Shown here piece after piece: positions 1 to 12,653 of a DNA stretch of 64,000 bases (positions within the stretch are counted from its first letter, which is position 1; every line of letters begins with the position of its first letter). Under the pieces are notes generated by a model, which worked only from the letters and a program-made list of their open reading frames with translations, made no database searches and had not been told where the DNA came from. The DNA lies in the NCBI RefSeq assembly GCF_902459465.1, contig NC_047075.1, positions 3,038,001 through 3,102,000 on the forward strand. Direction: 5' to 3'. The DNA is from Asterias rubens (lineage: Eukaryota). A program made the position numbers and the translations under genes.

Positions 1-121
1 AGTTTGAATTCGGTGCTCTCAACCGTTCGGCTACGACACTTCCAGTTTAAATTTCAGTTTAAATTTAGTTCACTTATTTTCAAATTAAAGCAGTATAATG
101 GAGAAGTCATAATACACATAC

Positions 122-2897
122 CGGTGGTCCCTTCATTTCACAATTGGGACCCCAGTCATGGCATCGTGGCGTACGGTGAGCATGGCTCAAGTGGAATCCC
201 AGTAAAGCACCAACGGCCAGAATAGTCAAGAAAACAAGGAGCGAACAAATAGTGCCCTTTGTCCAGAACGGTCGACGAACCACGACTTCTTTCTCCAGCT
301 GTAGGAAAATAATTTCAGGTTCAGAAAAATTTAAGCTTCAAGAGAATAATGAAAGAAATAATGCCTTTAACAATGGTCTGCTGGCCAAATGCCAATTCAA
401 GGGGTTGGGTACTGTTTTGTATGACACAAAACACAAACGTTCACAGATTTACATGAAACTGAACACGGTTTGAAGATAAGAATGGTGGAAAGCTTCCCTT
501 AAGCTTTCCTGACACAAAAATAGTTTTGTTTTCAACGAGAACATTGCTCTTTGATTTTCAGTTCTTTTAAAAAACTTCAGAACTAATGAAGCTGAAACTT
601 CTTTAAAAAGGTAAATTATTATTAAAAACATCTTCATTTACAGTGTGTAAAACAACAACATACGTATCAAATCCCTTTAAAGGCACTGCAGCCGATTTCA
701 CAAAACGCTAGGATTAATCCTAGTTAGGGCGAGTAACTCAGCCGAACTTAGGATGGGTTCAATGCGTCCTAACGTCTATGAATACGGAACACAACTCACT
801 CTAAGTCCTAAGATTATCCCTCAGTTAAGGAAGAGTTTGGTGAAATCGTTGGCTGGAAGAGTTTGGTGAAATCGTTGTCTGGACATGTATGGTAATTGTC
901 ACAGACCAGGGCCCAATGGCTCTGCTTACCGTAAGCACCGAATCGGCGCTTACAGTAGCAGAGAATTCTGTGCTTACGGCAAGCGTATTTCACGGGTAAG
1001 CGGCGAATTTGGGCTTCTGCGCGTGCGTACTCCACGTTACTAGGCATTCTACGCTTACAAGGCTAGCGCAGAAATACGGCGCTTGCACGTAAGCTGGGAA
1101 TCGCGATCGTAAGCGCAGAATTCAGCGGTAAGCAGAGCCATGAAACTGGGCCCTGTATGTTTACTGGGTGTATCTCAACATTTCATAAAATAAAACCTGT
1201 GAAAATTTGGGCTCAATTGGTCATCGAATTTGCAATAGAACAATGAAGAAAAAACAACCTTGTTGCATTACATGTATACTTTGTGTGTTTTCAGATGCAC
1301 AACAAAAGGCTTTGACAGCTGAAGTCTTTTAATACTCGAGTGAGAAATTATGTCTTTCTCGAAAACTATGTTACTTCAGAGGGAGCTGAGAACCAGTCAG
1401 AATTCACCCAGCTTTAAAGTTCAACCTCCCCCCTCCTCTGATCTTATTGCATTACTCCCACGCTTTTCCGGGCAAACATGGGTAGGCCTAATTGTTCTAA
1501 TTAGAGTCAATTAAACAGATGCTGGTATTAGGCGGCTGCAAATGTCAAAAAACCATTAGCTTAATTGTGTTGTCCATCCTCGTTCTTTATATACAGTCTT
1601 ATCATCTCAAACAAAGAAGGCACATAAATCATCAGAACCATGGAGGAAAAAAATTACTAGAACCAATAAGGCCAAATAAAAAAAAATACCAGTTGATTGT
1701 CCAGACTTTTCAAAAAAGAGGAGGATGAGGGCCTTAATTACTATTTACTATTTTTTTTCAAGATGGCCGCTAAGTTTCAAATCAAAAACATAACTTTTTT
1801 TTTTTTTTAATACAAAAATCGAAAAATAGTAAATAGTCAAAAAAAGATGCGGGCGGGGACGATCAACTGATATTTTTTTTTAATTGGCCTAACTTATATT
1901 GTACATGTATTGACCCAATTCACCCGACGTCATCATCAGAATAATCTTGGTTTTTGGATGGGCCATTTTGGGGGTCAAATGTCACTGTGCGCTCTTCAGT
2001 GAAGTGCGCATTTTAGGCGACGCAGAATTAACACATAAACCTATTGACCCATTTCACCTGACGTCATCATCAGAATAATCTTGGATGCGCCATTTTGGTG
2101 GTCAATGTCAACGTGTGTTATTCAGTGAAGTGCGCATTTTTAGTTAGGTGACGCGGCGTTTACACGTAAACCTATTATTGACCACCAACGTGGTGAGCGT
2201 GGCATCAGTCGCAGCGTGTGACGCGCGTGCAAGGGGTCAATTGACCAACTGTCTTAGTTTGGTATATAAATAGACCAGACCAGAAACTTGGGGCTCTACT
2301 GTGTACTCATTTAGGAAAAGATTCTGTATTGCGCCACCACTCAGTCATACAGAAAGTTAGTTATCCCTCACTTTTTTAAGTTGTTGACAACGTAATGCAA
2401 ATGTCAAAATTTAGGTTAGAGCCTAAGTTCAAGTTGTTACTCACCCTGGGTATTCTAGTTTTTGGAAAAGTCTCCGTATGGCGCCACCACTTTTTCATTT
2501 GATATTAAATAATATAGTATCTAATTAACCTCATTGAGATATCCCTTTTTGTAAAAATGAGTGAAAAGGTGGTGGCGCCATACGGAAAGTTATCCCTAGT
2601 TTTTTAGTAGCTACTTAATCAGGTTAAATATAGAGTAGGTAGTCAGAAATAATAATTAATTTCCAATTTAAATACTTATTATTATAAATTAATAAAAGAT
2701 CATGGATTAAGAATAGATGCATGCTGTATAAGTAAGGCCTACAGTGTAACTTTTTGTTTCTAAATTCTACCTCCATGGTTTTAATAAACGTGAGTACTTA
2801 CGGGAATTTCGACAACGCTACATGGTATTGGTGGTAGTTTCTTCCCGGTGTCCTTAGCGTAGAGCTCCGGAGGAGGTGCTACCGTCAATTTCACCAT
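122..2897 (-). CDS. Paralog Y of the uncharacterised type II membrane protein family (3' part runs off the window). Coding exons 2897-2802 and 298-122.
   Basis: Exon 1 MVKLTVAPPPELYAKDTGKKLPPIPCSVVEIP|gtaagt (96 nt). Exon 2 after ttttcctacag: LEKEVVVRRPFWTKGTICSLLVFLTILAVGALLGFHLSHAHRTPRCHDWGPNCEMKGPP|gtatgt (177 nt, phase 0-0), with a hydrophobic TM stretch. Same architecture as the four other paralogs. Confidence 0.8.
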
Positions 2898-3416
2898 TTT
2901 CACACCCGTCAAGTTGTTCCAAATTGCCCCCTCGATCCCGGAACTACGAAAGCAACGTCTTCAAGATTTTTTTTTTCGGAACTCTCAATCAAAATAGATG
3001 AAACCGGATCTATCATTTACACTTCACATGTGAACTCTGCAGTTGATAATTTGCTTTTTAAAGGGCAGAAAATGACAGCTCAGCTCAGCGTGTTTATGTG
3101 CGTGTGTGTGTACACTCCATGGTACACAACAGCACGGATGTGGTGATGATGCGTGTACTTTTTTTCGGGTTACATTCCAGTCCGGAAACCGCCTCTACAC
3201 TTTGAGTCCGTTTATCACGTAATGGGATCATTTCTGATTGGGCTTGGCAGCCAGACTGCATTTAGCAGAAGGCTCAATAATTATGCAAATGACCACCATT
3301 TTTTGATTGATCGCCAAGAATAATGATGTCATAAAATAAACTTGCGACCTCGATTTTTGTCATGACAGTCGCACTAGCTAGTGTCAATATTATAGGTAGT
3401 TGGGCTGGCAATAGGT

Positions 3417-3808
3417 TTAAAGGCAGTGGACACTATATTTGTAATTGTCAAAGACTAGCCTTCACAGTTGGTGTATCTCAACATATGCATAAAATAACAA
3501 ACCTGTGAAAATTTGAGCTCAATCCGTCATCAAAGTTGCGAGATAATAATGAAAGAAAAAAACACCCTTGTCAAACGAAGCTGTGTGCGTTTAGATGGTT
3601 GATTTCGAGACCTCAAGTTCTAAATTATGAGGTCTCGAAATCAAATTCGTGGAAAATTACTTCCTTCTCGAAAACTATGGCACTTCAGAGGGAGCCGGCG
3701 TTTCTCACAATGTTTTATAACATCAACCTCTCCCCATTACTCGTCACCAAGAAAGGTTTTATGCTATAATTATCTTGAGTAATTACCAATAGTGTCCACT
3801 GCCTTTAA
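3417..3808 (+). mobile_element. TTAA-flanked non-autonomous DNA transposon (Kolobok-like MITE, family 1)
   Basis: TIR ttaaAGGCAGTGGACACTAT...ATAGTGTCCACTGCCTttaa. TTAA TSD with RR..YY termini matches Kolobok. Confidence 0.85.
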
Positions 3809-3967
3809 TGCGGATTTCGCAGTCAATAAAAAACCCTGCCAATTGTTTATTTTGAATATGACTCGAAAAAAGAATTGGAGTTTAGTTGTTTGCAACTGCT
3901 TTTACAACCAAAAAAGTCCCTCAAACAAATTGGCCTAAGTTAACTGAGTTTCGACCCTAGCACTCGA

Positions 3968-4689
3968 NNNNNNNNNNNNNNNNNNNNNNNNNNNNNNNNN
4001 NNNNNNNNNNNNNNNNNNNNNNNNNNNNNNNNNNNNNNNNNNNNNNNNNNNNNNNNNNNNNNNNNNNNNNNNNNNNNNNNNNNNNNNNNNNNNNNNNNNN
4101 NNNNNNNNNNNNNNNNNNNNNNNNNNNNNNNNNNNNNNNNNNNNNNNNNNNNNNNNNNNNNNNNNNNNNNNNNNNNNNNNNNNNNNNNNNNNNNNNNNNN
4201 NNNNNNNNNNNNNNNNNNNNNNNNNNNNNNNNNNNNNNNNNNNNNNNNNNNNNNNNNNNNNNNNNNNNNNNNNNNNNNNNNNNNNNNNNNNNNNNNNNNN
4301 NNNNNNNNNNNNNNNNNNNNNNNNNNNNNNNNNNNNNNNNNNNNNNNNNNNNNNNNNNNNNNNNNNNNNNNNNNNNNNNNNNNNNNNNNNNNNNNNNNNN
4401 NNNNNNNNNNNNNNNNNNNNNNNNNNNNNNNNNNNNNNNNNNNNNNNNNNNNNNNNNNNNNNNNNNNNNNNNNNNNNNNNNNNNNNNNNNNNNNNNNNNN
4501 NNNNNNNNNNNNNNNNNNNNNNNNNNNNNNNNNNNNNNNNNNNNNNNNNNNNNNNNNNNNNNNNNNNNNNNNNNNNNNNNNNNNNNNNNNNNNNNNNNNN
4601 NNNNNNNNNNNNNNNNNNNNNNNNNNNNNNNNNNNNNNNNNNNNNNNNNNNNNNNNNNNNNNNNNNNNNNNNNNNNNNNNNNNNNNNNN
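3968..4689. other. Assembly gap (run of N)
   Basis: 722 consecutive N between paralogs Y and Z. Confidence 1.
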
Positions 4690-5601
4690 GTGTAATAACA
4701 GATGGTGCCTATGAAGGTTTATATTGTCGTGACCTTTAGAAGTGATTCTTTTCGATTTTGATATCCGCATGAATTGTTCCCTTAGCCTATTGTTAATTCT
4801 GTAAGTAATAGTGCCTGCCTAGAAATAAACAAATAGCAAAAAAATAAGACGTGTTCTATTGCAAATGGTATGAAATCATTTTATACTATTTCAGATCATA
4901 CTTTTTTGAGTCATTTTAATCAAATAGTGTAAATTCAGAAAATATCATTCAAAACTGCTTACCACCGTCATGGCTACTAAATGTACCGTACAAATTTGCT
5001 GAGTGACCTGACCGATCGAAAAACGAATGGTACAATTGGTAAAGGGTGCATTTATTCTAACCCTCTAGTTGCCAAGAAACACAACATTAATCATAAAATG
5101 CTCGTTTTCGGAAATTAATTTCAATAAAGTCATCAGGAAAAAATATACTCATTGTTAAACTTTTAAAGTTTGACATTTTGTTACGAAGAATTTTTGTATT
5201 CATAATACACAGTTTCTGTTGATTATATGCAAAATTTGAATATCTTACGAATACATTTGAATACATTTACTTCGCGAACTTTTTTTTACGAATACAAAAT
5301 TAATCAGATTTAAAAACATGCGTGTCAAAATACTTAGATAACAGAAAAGAAAATAATATGTAGTTTAAAACCAATTCTCCATACACATAAACAGTACACA
5401 CAAAAAATCCAGCATTGCCAAGAAGACAAGTAATATATGACTGTATCCTATTTCACGTTTAGAGTTACTCTTTGGAGGTAAAGGTTTAATATTTAAAAAA
5501 TAACGAGACAAGACAAAAAACTGTCCACAATAAACTACTGGACAGCGGTTACACCTTTTTTTTTTTTATTTAAGGACGGCCACGTGAGAATCTTGCCCAG
5601 T

Positions 5602-8600
5602 TTACGGACGCCCATCTGGGTAATGATGCCCCTCGTTCCCTGTACATTTGTTGACAAGTAAAAAAAGTTTAAAATAAAAGATCAGTATGTATAGCCACAA
5701 TGTTAAGGGTCAGGGTATTATGACAAAGTGAAATTGTTCATAAAATTGTAATAGGCCTTTTGAACTGTATGAAATCATAATTCACTAGGCCTGAGCCAAA
5801 ATAATTTATTACAAACTTTCCCAATAAACACTATAATTGTTTCCCAAGTTCCCACCCTAATTCCAATCCCATAATATTCAAGAATGGTGCAATTGGCTTT
5901 TCGAAGATTACATTTGTTTCATTCCAATCGCTGTAGTTTTCAAGAAACACACCATTAAGGGCAGTGGACACTATTGGTAATTGTCAAAGACTAGCCTTCA
6001 CAGTTGATGTACCTCAACATATGCATAAAATAACAAACCTGTGAAAATTTGAGCTCAATCGGTCATCAAAGTTGCGAGATAATAATGAAAGAAGAAAACA
6101 CCCTTGTCACACGATGTTGTGTGCGTTTATAGATGGTTGATTTCGAGACCTCAAGTTCTAAACTTGAGGTCTCGAAATCAAATTCGTGGACGATTACTTC
6201 TTTCTCCAAAACTATGGCACTTCAGAGGGAGCGGTTTCTCACAATGTTTTATACCACCAACCTCTCCCCATTACTTTTCACCAAGAAAGGTTTTATGCGA
6301 ATAATTATTTTGAGTAATTACCAATAGTGTCCACCGCCTTTAAGGGATGACACACAGTTATTTTCGGTTAGAGCCCATTCATTCCAATCCTCCATGTTTT
6401 GAGAAACATCATCAGTTTGTTGTGAAAGAAAAGACACATCATCATAAGGAACGGCCTAACATCACTCGTTTTCGGAATATTGTAAGAGACCAGGCTGCGC
6501 TGGGCCCAATTTCATAGCGCTGCTTAACGGTAAGCAAATTTGCGTGCTTACTGTAGCAGAACAACTTGCTTAAGCCTTAGCGTATTTCACAGGTTAGCAG
6601 AAAAATTTGGCGGCCGTATTGCGTGTTTACCGTGGATTTGCATTGTGACGTCATTTATTTTCGTCCGGTAAGCACCGGAAGGTTAGCATGCCTTTTCGTG
6701 TGCTTACGGTTAGCAGCGCTATGAAATAGAAATTGCAAAGTATAAGCACAAAATCGGCCGCTAAGCAACGCTATGAAACTGGGCCCAGGGGTGGATTTCA
6801 CAAAGAGTTAGGACTAGTCCTAACTTAGAACTAGTCCGCTAGGAGATATACAAATAGGAGACTTTCCAACGCTAGGTGGCAGCAGACATACCGGGTAAAT
6901 TTCCATTGTTTACGTAGTTCTGAACATGCGCATAATTCTGAGAACAATAGATTTACCCGGTAAGTCTGCTGCCCTCTATCGTCCCAGAAAGTCTCCCATT
7001 GCATGGATAGTCCTAAGTTAGGACGAGTAACTGGTCCTATACAACTCTAGATAAGACTATGAAATTGGACCCTGGCGTTAACTTTACTCGTACTACTTTT
7101 GCACCAGACAGGCCTAACTACCAAATATTTTTTATTGTACTGTATATTTTCAAATACATCGTTATTTTTCAATGGATACCGTAAAACTTACCATGATGCT
7201 GGCCACTCGCATCGGTCCAGTCACCCGGTGTAGTTGATTCATTCTGCCGAAAAAAAGGACAATATTTTGCGAATTATTACATTTATTTTTATGGATCCAT
7301 GTATAATTATGTAATGTAGTGATTCATGAGTATGGTTCCCCTGTGCACAGCATACGTGTTCAAAAAAATTGTGTTTTAAGACGGGGCCAGTCTGTGTTTA
7401 ACCCAGTCTCTATATTGCGAAAGCGTGTTACATACAATTGCCAAACTGTCACGAAAAATACGTCGAGCAAAAAATATCAAAATTTACACTATGTGTTAAA
7501 ATAAAACACCATTAAAAGATAAGATGTACAAACATTCTGCAAATATTGTGTGCCTTCCGATACTTGATTTTGAGACCCCATATTCTAATTCTGAGGTAAC
7601 ACAATCTAGGTCGGGGAAAATTAATTCTTCCTCGAAAACTACGTTACTCCTTTCAGGAAGCCGTTTCTCACAATGTTTTAATCAACAGCTCCCCATTACT
7701 CGTTATCAAGTAAGGTTTATGCTAACAACTATAAAGGGTAATTACCAACAGTGTCCACTGTATTTAAAGGCAGTGGACACTATTGGGAATTACTCAAAAT
7801 AATTGTTAGCATAAAACCTAACTTGGTGACGAGTAATGGGGAGAGATTGATAGTATAAAACATTGTGAGAAACGACTCCCTCTGAAGTAACGTAGTTTTC
7901 GAGAAAGAAGTAATTTTCCACGAATTTCATTTCAAGACCTCAGATTTAGAATTTGAGGTCTCGAAATCAAGCATCTGAAAGCACACAACATCGTGTGACA
8001 AAGGTGTTTTTCTTCCATTATTGTCTCGCAACTTCGACGACCAATCGAGCTCAATTTTTCACATGTTTGTTATTTTGTTTGTATGTTGATATACACCAAG
8101 AGAGAAGACTGGTCTTTGACAATTACCGATAGTGTCCAGTGTCTTTAAGTAGCGACTTACCAGGCAATCTGAACCGAAGAACTGATGGAATTTTGATATC
8201 ATAACAATGAGTAACAAAGCTCCCATAGCGAGTATGAAGATCAGTGTAATGGAAGGTATCACGCTTCGGTAGCGGGGAAGACTGTGAAGTCTCACGGTCA
8301 GCTTCGGTTTGCTCTTCTTCTGTTCTTCCACTTCCTTTGAAACAAAAAGAAAGAGCGAAGCTCATTGTAATAAAACATAATAACAATCCAAGCATTCCTA
8401 AATACCTCAGACACAGTTTCGCTATTCCTGTTGGTGGAGTACGCGTCACGTGGGTGTGTATAAACCTTTGTTTATGACCAGTACAAATTGTTGAAACATG
8501 GGCGTGACACGCGAGCTTGCACCCGTTCTTATATATAGCTGCTTCGGATAGTAACAAATGCAATTTTAGAAACACTTCACTCGAAGTTGTTTTGAATAAA

Positions 8601-9000
8601 TAATAAATCACCTTTTATCCCCAAAATAAACAAATTTATATAAAAAAATCCAAAAGGGATATTAATTATTTCTGCGTGGAAACAGGCTGGTATAAAGGGA
8701 CATAAACTCGGAGCTGGTAACAGCCAAATCTTTCTCATAATAACATTGGTTTAACATGCTATATGGTTATGAATCGCACATAATTATCATTAAAAGGTTA
8801 TTCCTCAGTGGCTATTAGCCTATATGCGAGTACCAGTTTCTAAACACGGATGGCTGCAAACATACGCATTTCTAAAAGTAGTCGTAAAAAACACACACAT
8901 TTTTTTACAAATATTTAGTACTTACCGGAATGAGCATTTCTGACATTTCAAACTGTTTATTCGTTGTGTCCTTCGGGTTCTCAACAGTTACAAGCACCAT
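5602..9000 (-). CDS. Paralog Z, about 112 aa type II membrane protein. Exons 9000-8926, 8334-8161, 7243-7192, 5639-5602.
   Basis: MVLVTVENPKDTTNKQFEMSEMLIP | EVEEQKKSKPKLTVRLHSLPRYRSVIPSITLIFILAMGALLLIVMISKFHQFFGSDCL | NESTTPGDWTDASGQHH G| NEGHHYPDGRP*. All junctions are GT-AG with phases 0,0,1. The last exon is the least certain (weaker polypyrimidine tract). Confidence 0.75.
5955..6343 (+). mobile_element. Kolobok-like MITE family 1 copy
   Basis: Same TIRs and internal sequence as 3417-3808. Confidence 0.85.
6501..6787. mobile_element. MITE with gggcccaatttcat..atgaaa(t/c)tgggccc TIRs (also about 908-1155, 16304-16556, 60880-61168)
   Basis: Terminal inverted repeats with recurring cttaccgtaagc-type internal palindromes. 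Confidence 0.75.
7764..8148 (-). mobile_element. Kolobok-like MITE family 1 copy (an adjacent copy at about 7512-7767 shares the TTAA)
   Basis: TIRs at both ends, inverted internal orientation. Confidence 0.85.
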
Positions 9001-9270
9001 TTTGGAAGCCTCACCGTCTAAAAAAATGATTGAAATACTCCCGACTGGATGTATGTTTCGGCCAAAGTCCGAAGACTAAATTAATAATTGCGTAGTTTAA
9101 TAGATGTTCCAATGCAAAGAAGTGGATGAGAATTTGGGCTACTGCGCATTTACTTTGTTGTCGAGAATTTTCGTTTGGTGTTCGGCATTGTTAATAATTA
9201 ACGTGGGACAAGTGCCTCTTGTCAATGTTGGCATGCAATCTTTTGTCACCGGGGCCCATTTATTAATCCT

Positions 9271-9657
9271 TTAAAGACACTGGACACTATTGGTAATTGT
9301 CAAATATCAGTCTTCTCACTTGCTGTATCTCAACATATGCACAAAATAACAAACCTGTGAAAATTTGAGCCCAACCGATCATCAAAGTTGGGAGATAACG
9401 ATGAAAGAAAAAACACCCTTATCACACGGAGTTGTGTGTTTCAGATGCTTGATTTCGAGACCGTAAATTCTAAATCTGAGGTCTCGAAATCAAACTCGAT
9501 GAAAATTACTTCCTCGTAAACTACGTCACTTCAGAAGGAGCTGTTTCTCACAATGCTTTATACTTATCTATCAACCTCTCCTCATTACTCGTTACCAAGT
9601 AAGGTTTTGTGCTGATAATTATTTTGAGTAATTACCAATAGTGTCCACTGCCTTTAA
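9271..9657 (+). mobile_element. Kolobok-like MITE family 1 copy
   Basis: ttaaagacactggacactattgg ... ccaatagtgtccactgcctttaa. Confidence 0.85.
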
Positions 9658-11639
9658 TTACTACTCCTTTGTTTTGTCTTTATTTTGTTTTCACATTTAA
9701 AACAACAACATTTTGCTACGTCATTTTTTAAGTCCAGTCTTTGTCAATTTTGTCTGGAGAAATTCCTCAGCAGGAGGGCCTTTTTGTTAAACATAGGCCC
9801 TTTTCGAAACCATGGATTCGGCTTTGGATTCTGCTTGAGGCTCCGTTCTCTCGTCTGAAGCCCGGAGTGTGTATACCCAAAGCACGCGCAATCGTCAAAA
9901 CAACCGGCAGGGCCAAGCTAGCCTGAGCCGAATCTAAAGCCGAAGCGGTGGTTTCGAAAAGGGCCATAATCTCGGCGCTACCCGACGACCGATTGCTTTA
10001 GTACAAAACGGATTTGGGAAGTGTATGTACATCCTGTGTTAGGATGCTGATAATCATTGACCCGAGATGTCATCGAATGTGACGTAGTTTGCACAATGTT
10101 ATCGAGAGGTTGTAGACTTGGAATTTTTCCAAACTCAAATGAGGACCCCATAACTATTGGAAAATAAGTACATTTGTTAATTTGAATTTGGCATTTCCCT
10201 TCCTCTATCAGGTCAAGGGTCTAGCTATTATTGCTTCTCTCCACCCAGGGGTAAATGGGGACCTGTGAGGGCAGAGATGGTTCTTGTGATTGATTTAGCC
10301 GAGTAGCGCATTTGTTGCACGAGGCTGTATACTCCCCAGGGAGCTGAGATGGTTTAAGGAGTGAATTAAGGCCCAGTGACTAGGGGTAATAATTTAAAGC
10401 GCTTTGAGACACCCGTTCGGGAGTGAAACAGCGCTATAAAAACTCAAAATATTATTATTATTATTATTACTATTATTAAGGGTCAATACAGTGTGGAGAG
10501 AAGCCACAAACTTACATAAAAATTAAGAATTGTAATAATTGGAAAAGAGTCTCTTCAACATGTCTAAGATTTTTTTAAATTTATGTTCTTCATACCACTC
10601 TGAAAACGCCCTAGTTATGATAATTTACAAGATATCAATATTTGCGGGTCTTTGTTCAAGTGGGGTCTATCTGTGTGGCAATATTTATCATTCTATAAAC
10701 GTGCTCTCAAACCGATTGTTTGTTTAGGGTCTGCTAATAGGTACTTTTGGTAATTGTCAAAGACAAAGTCTTCTCACTTGGTGTATCTCAACATGCACAA
10801 AATAACAAACCTGTGAAAATTTGGGTTCATTTGGTCTTTGAAGTTGCAAGAGTATAATGAAAGGGAACACACCCTTGTTGCACAACATGTAGATGTTTTG
10901 AGTACCATAATAAAAGGCTTCAGACCTGTGGTATTTTATTATTTAAGTGAGAAATGTCCTCTTTCTCAAAAACTACGTTACTTCGTAGGGAGCTGTTTCC
11001 GGCTCTCCATTTGCTCGTTACCAAGTAAGTTTTTATGCTTACAATTATTATTTTAAGTATTACCAATAGTATGTCCAGTGCCTTTAATATAACTCGGTTA
11101 CAAAAATATGAGTCGGAATTCACTTTGGGTGACAGCTCCATTTGAAACAGGCAAGGTTTTGTGTTCTACAAAAAAATATGTGTATCTAACAAAGTACGTC
11201 ACTTCGGAGCTGACCAATCATAACGCAGAATTGGACGCTTACGTCACTGCAAAGTTTATCAAATGGCATCTATTGTGCCCGAAAACCAGTGCATGTGCAT
11301 ATTCTTTACATTACATTTAAGACAGGGGACCAGGTCTCCATTTACCTCATCATTCAAGGCGCTGTTTTGGGGTCTTGTGACGTCACGTCAAAACGTGTTT
11401 ACAGGCTTGTTTTTGCATGGGTTCCCACAGTTATTGCCATTAATAAATACCGTCAACGAGAAAACGCATGGTATGCGCGCGTTAGGTACAATTTGCAATT
11501 ATTTCTTTGCAATTACCAGAGATGGGAAATTCGTCACACAAAAACTTTGGCCTTGTTTAATTAGAGTCCAATGCAGTTCTTGTCGGCGCGGAAAAGACAC
11601 TTTTGTGTTTGCTTTGAAGAAAACAAGTCACAATCAACA

Positions 11640-12260
11640 ATCGCGCCGGACTAGTACATGTGCTAGTTCATTACCGCCTATTCTGGTCACAGTGTTTTGT
11701 TCAATGAGAGAAGTGACAATGTCTACAAATGATGCATGACGTTCATCATGAATTCATTATGAGGTAGTGTAGAGGATCAACCAATGAGCAGAGTGTTCGT
11801 GGGAAGGCTGAACCAATCACAAGAAAGGACACCTTTTTTTTATTGATTTGGAAAACAAATCACAACAAAGAATCTCACCGGACTTGTTTCATGTACTTGC
11901 CCAGTTCATTACTGCCTATTCTGATGGTTTGTTTTGGTCAATGAGAAGTGACAATGTCTCTTAATGAACGACGTGCATCATGAATTATTCATGACGTAGT
12001 AGAGACTATCAACCAACGAGGAGAGTTTACGTGTAAGGCTGAACCAATCACAAGGGAGACAACTTTCACGCCGGACTTGTTGCAGTACACGTCCCAGTTT
12101 ATTGCAACCTATTCTGATAGGGTTTTTGTTCAATGAGAGAAGTGACAGTGTCTCTTAATAAACGACGTGCATCATGAATTATTCATGATGACGTAGAAGA
12201 GATGATCAACCAATGTAATGTACTGTACATGGTAACTTGGTAAGGCTGAACCCATCATCA
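11640..12260. repeat. Diverged triple tandem repeat (about 190-240 bp units), rich in CCAAT
   Basis: caatgag(ag)aagtgaca recurs near 11702, 11939 and 12132, each followed by catcatgaatt..tcaaccaa..aggctgaaccaatca. Confidence 0.8.
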
Positions 12261-12653
12261 GCGAGTTATCCATCGCCGTTTTTAGTCTGGATGCCGTGCT
12301 GGTTTGATGCAGATTTCGGAGGCTACCATAATCTCTCCCGTTTCACCTGACACACATTATTGCTCAGTTATCATACCACTCAATCACTCACGATCACCCA
12401 CTCACTCGACCACAGGCGGGCTTGGGAATGGCTTCTCCAAGGAATTATGTCTTGCATGAGGGTGGCCAGTTCTCAGGTTGATTCTACAGCGGTGTCATTT
12501 TGAAGCACCCCGGTGTATTAAGACATTGTTGATCTTCTTCGTCCCCGGTGTCCGTGAGTTTTTGTTTTTAGAGAATGACTTTGTATGCCTCCACATTCTA
12601 GGCATATCGGCTTGGCTTATTATACCGATTTTCTGCTCATTAATCAGTTCAAA

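Noticed and set aside
3536-3769. Recurrent ORFs like [26 protein letters not shown] and [19 protein letters not shown] (also 6104, 18764, 21328, 22669, 32791, 38283, 55352, 58915)
   Set aside because: These are chance frames inside the non-autonomous MITE family, with inconsistent starts, stops and frameshifts between copies.
3940-4770. 276-aa ORF
   Set aside because: Artefact of translating across the N gap.
12585-12653. Longer N-terminus of the FReD ORF (MPPHSRHIG...)
   Set aside because: It lies in a probable 5'UTR intron (12554-12647). The ATG at 12654 gives a proper signal peptide.
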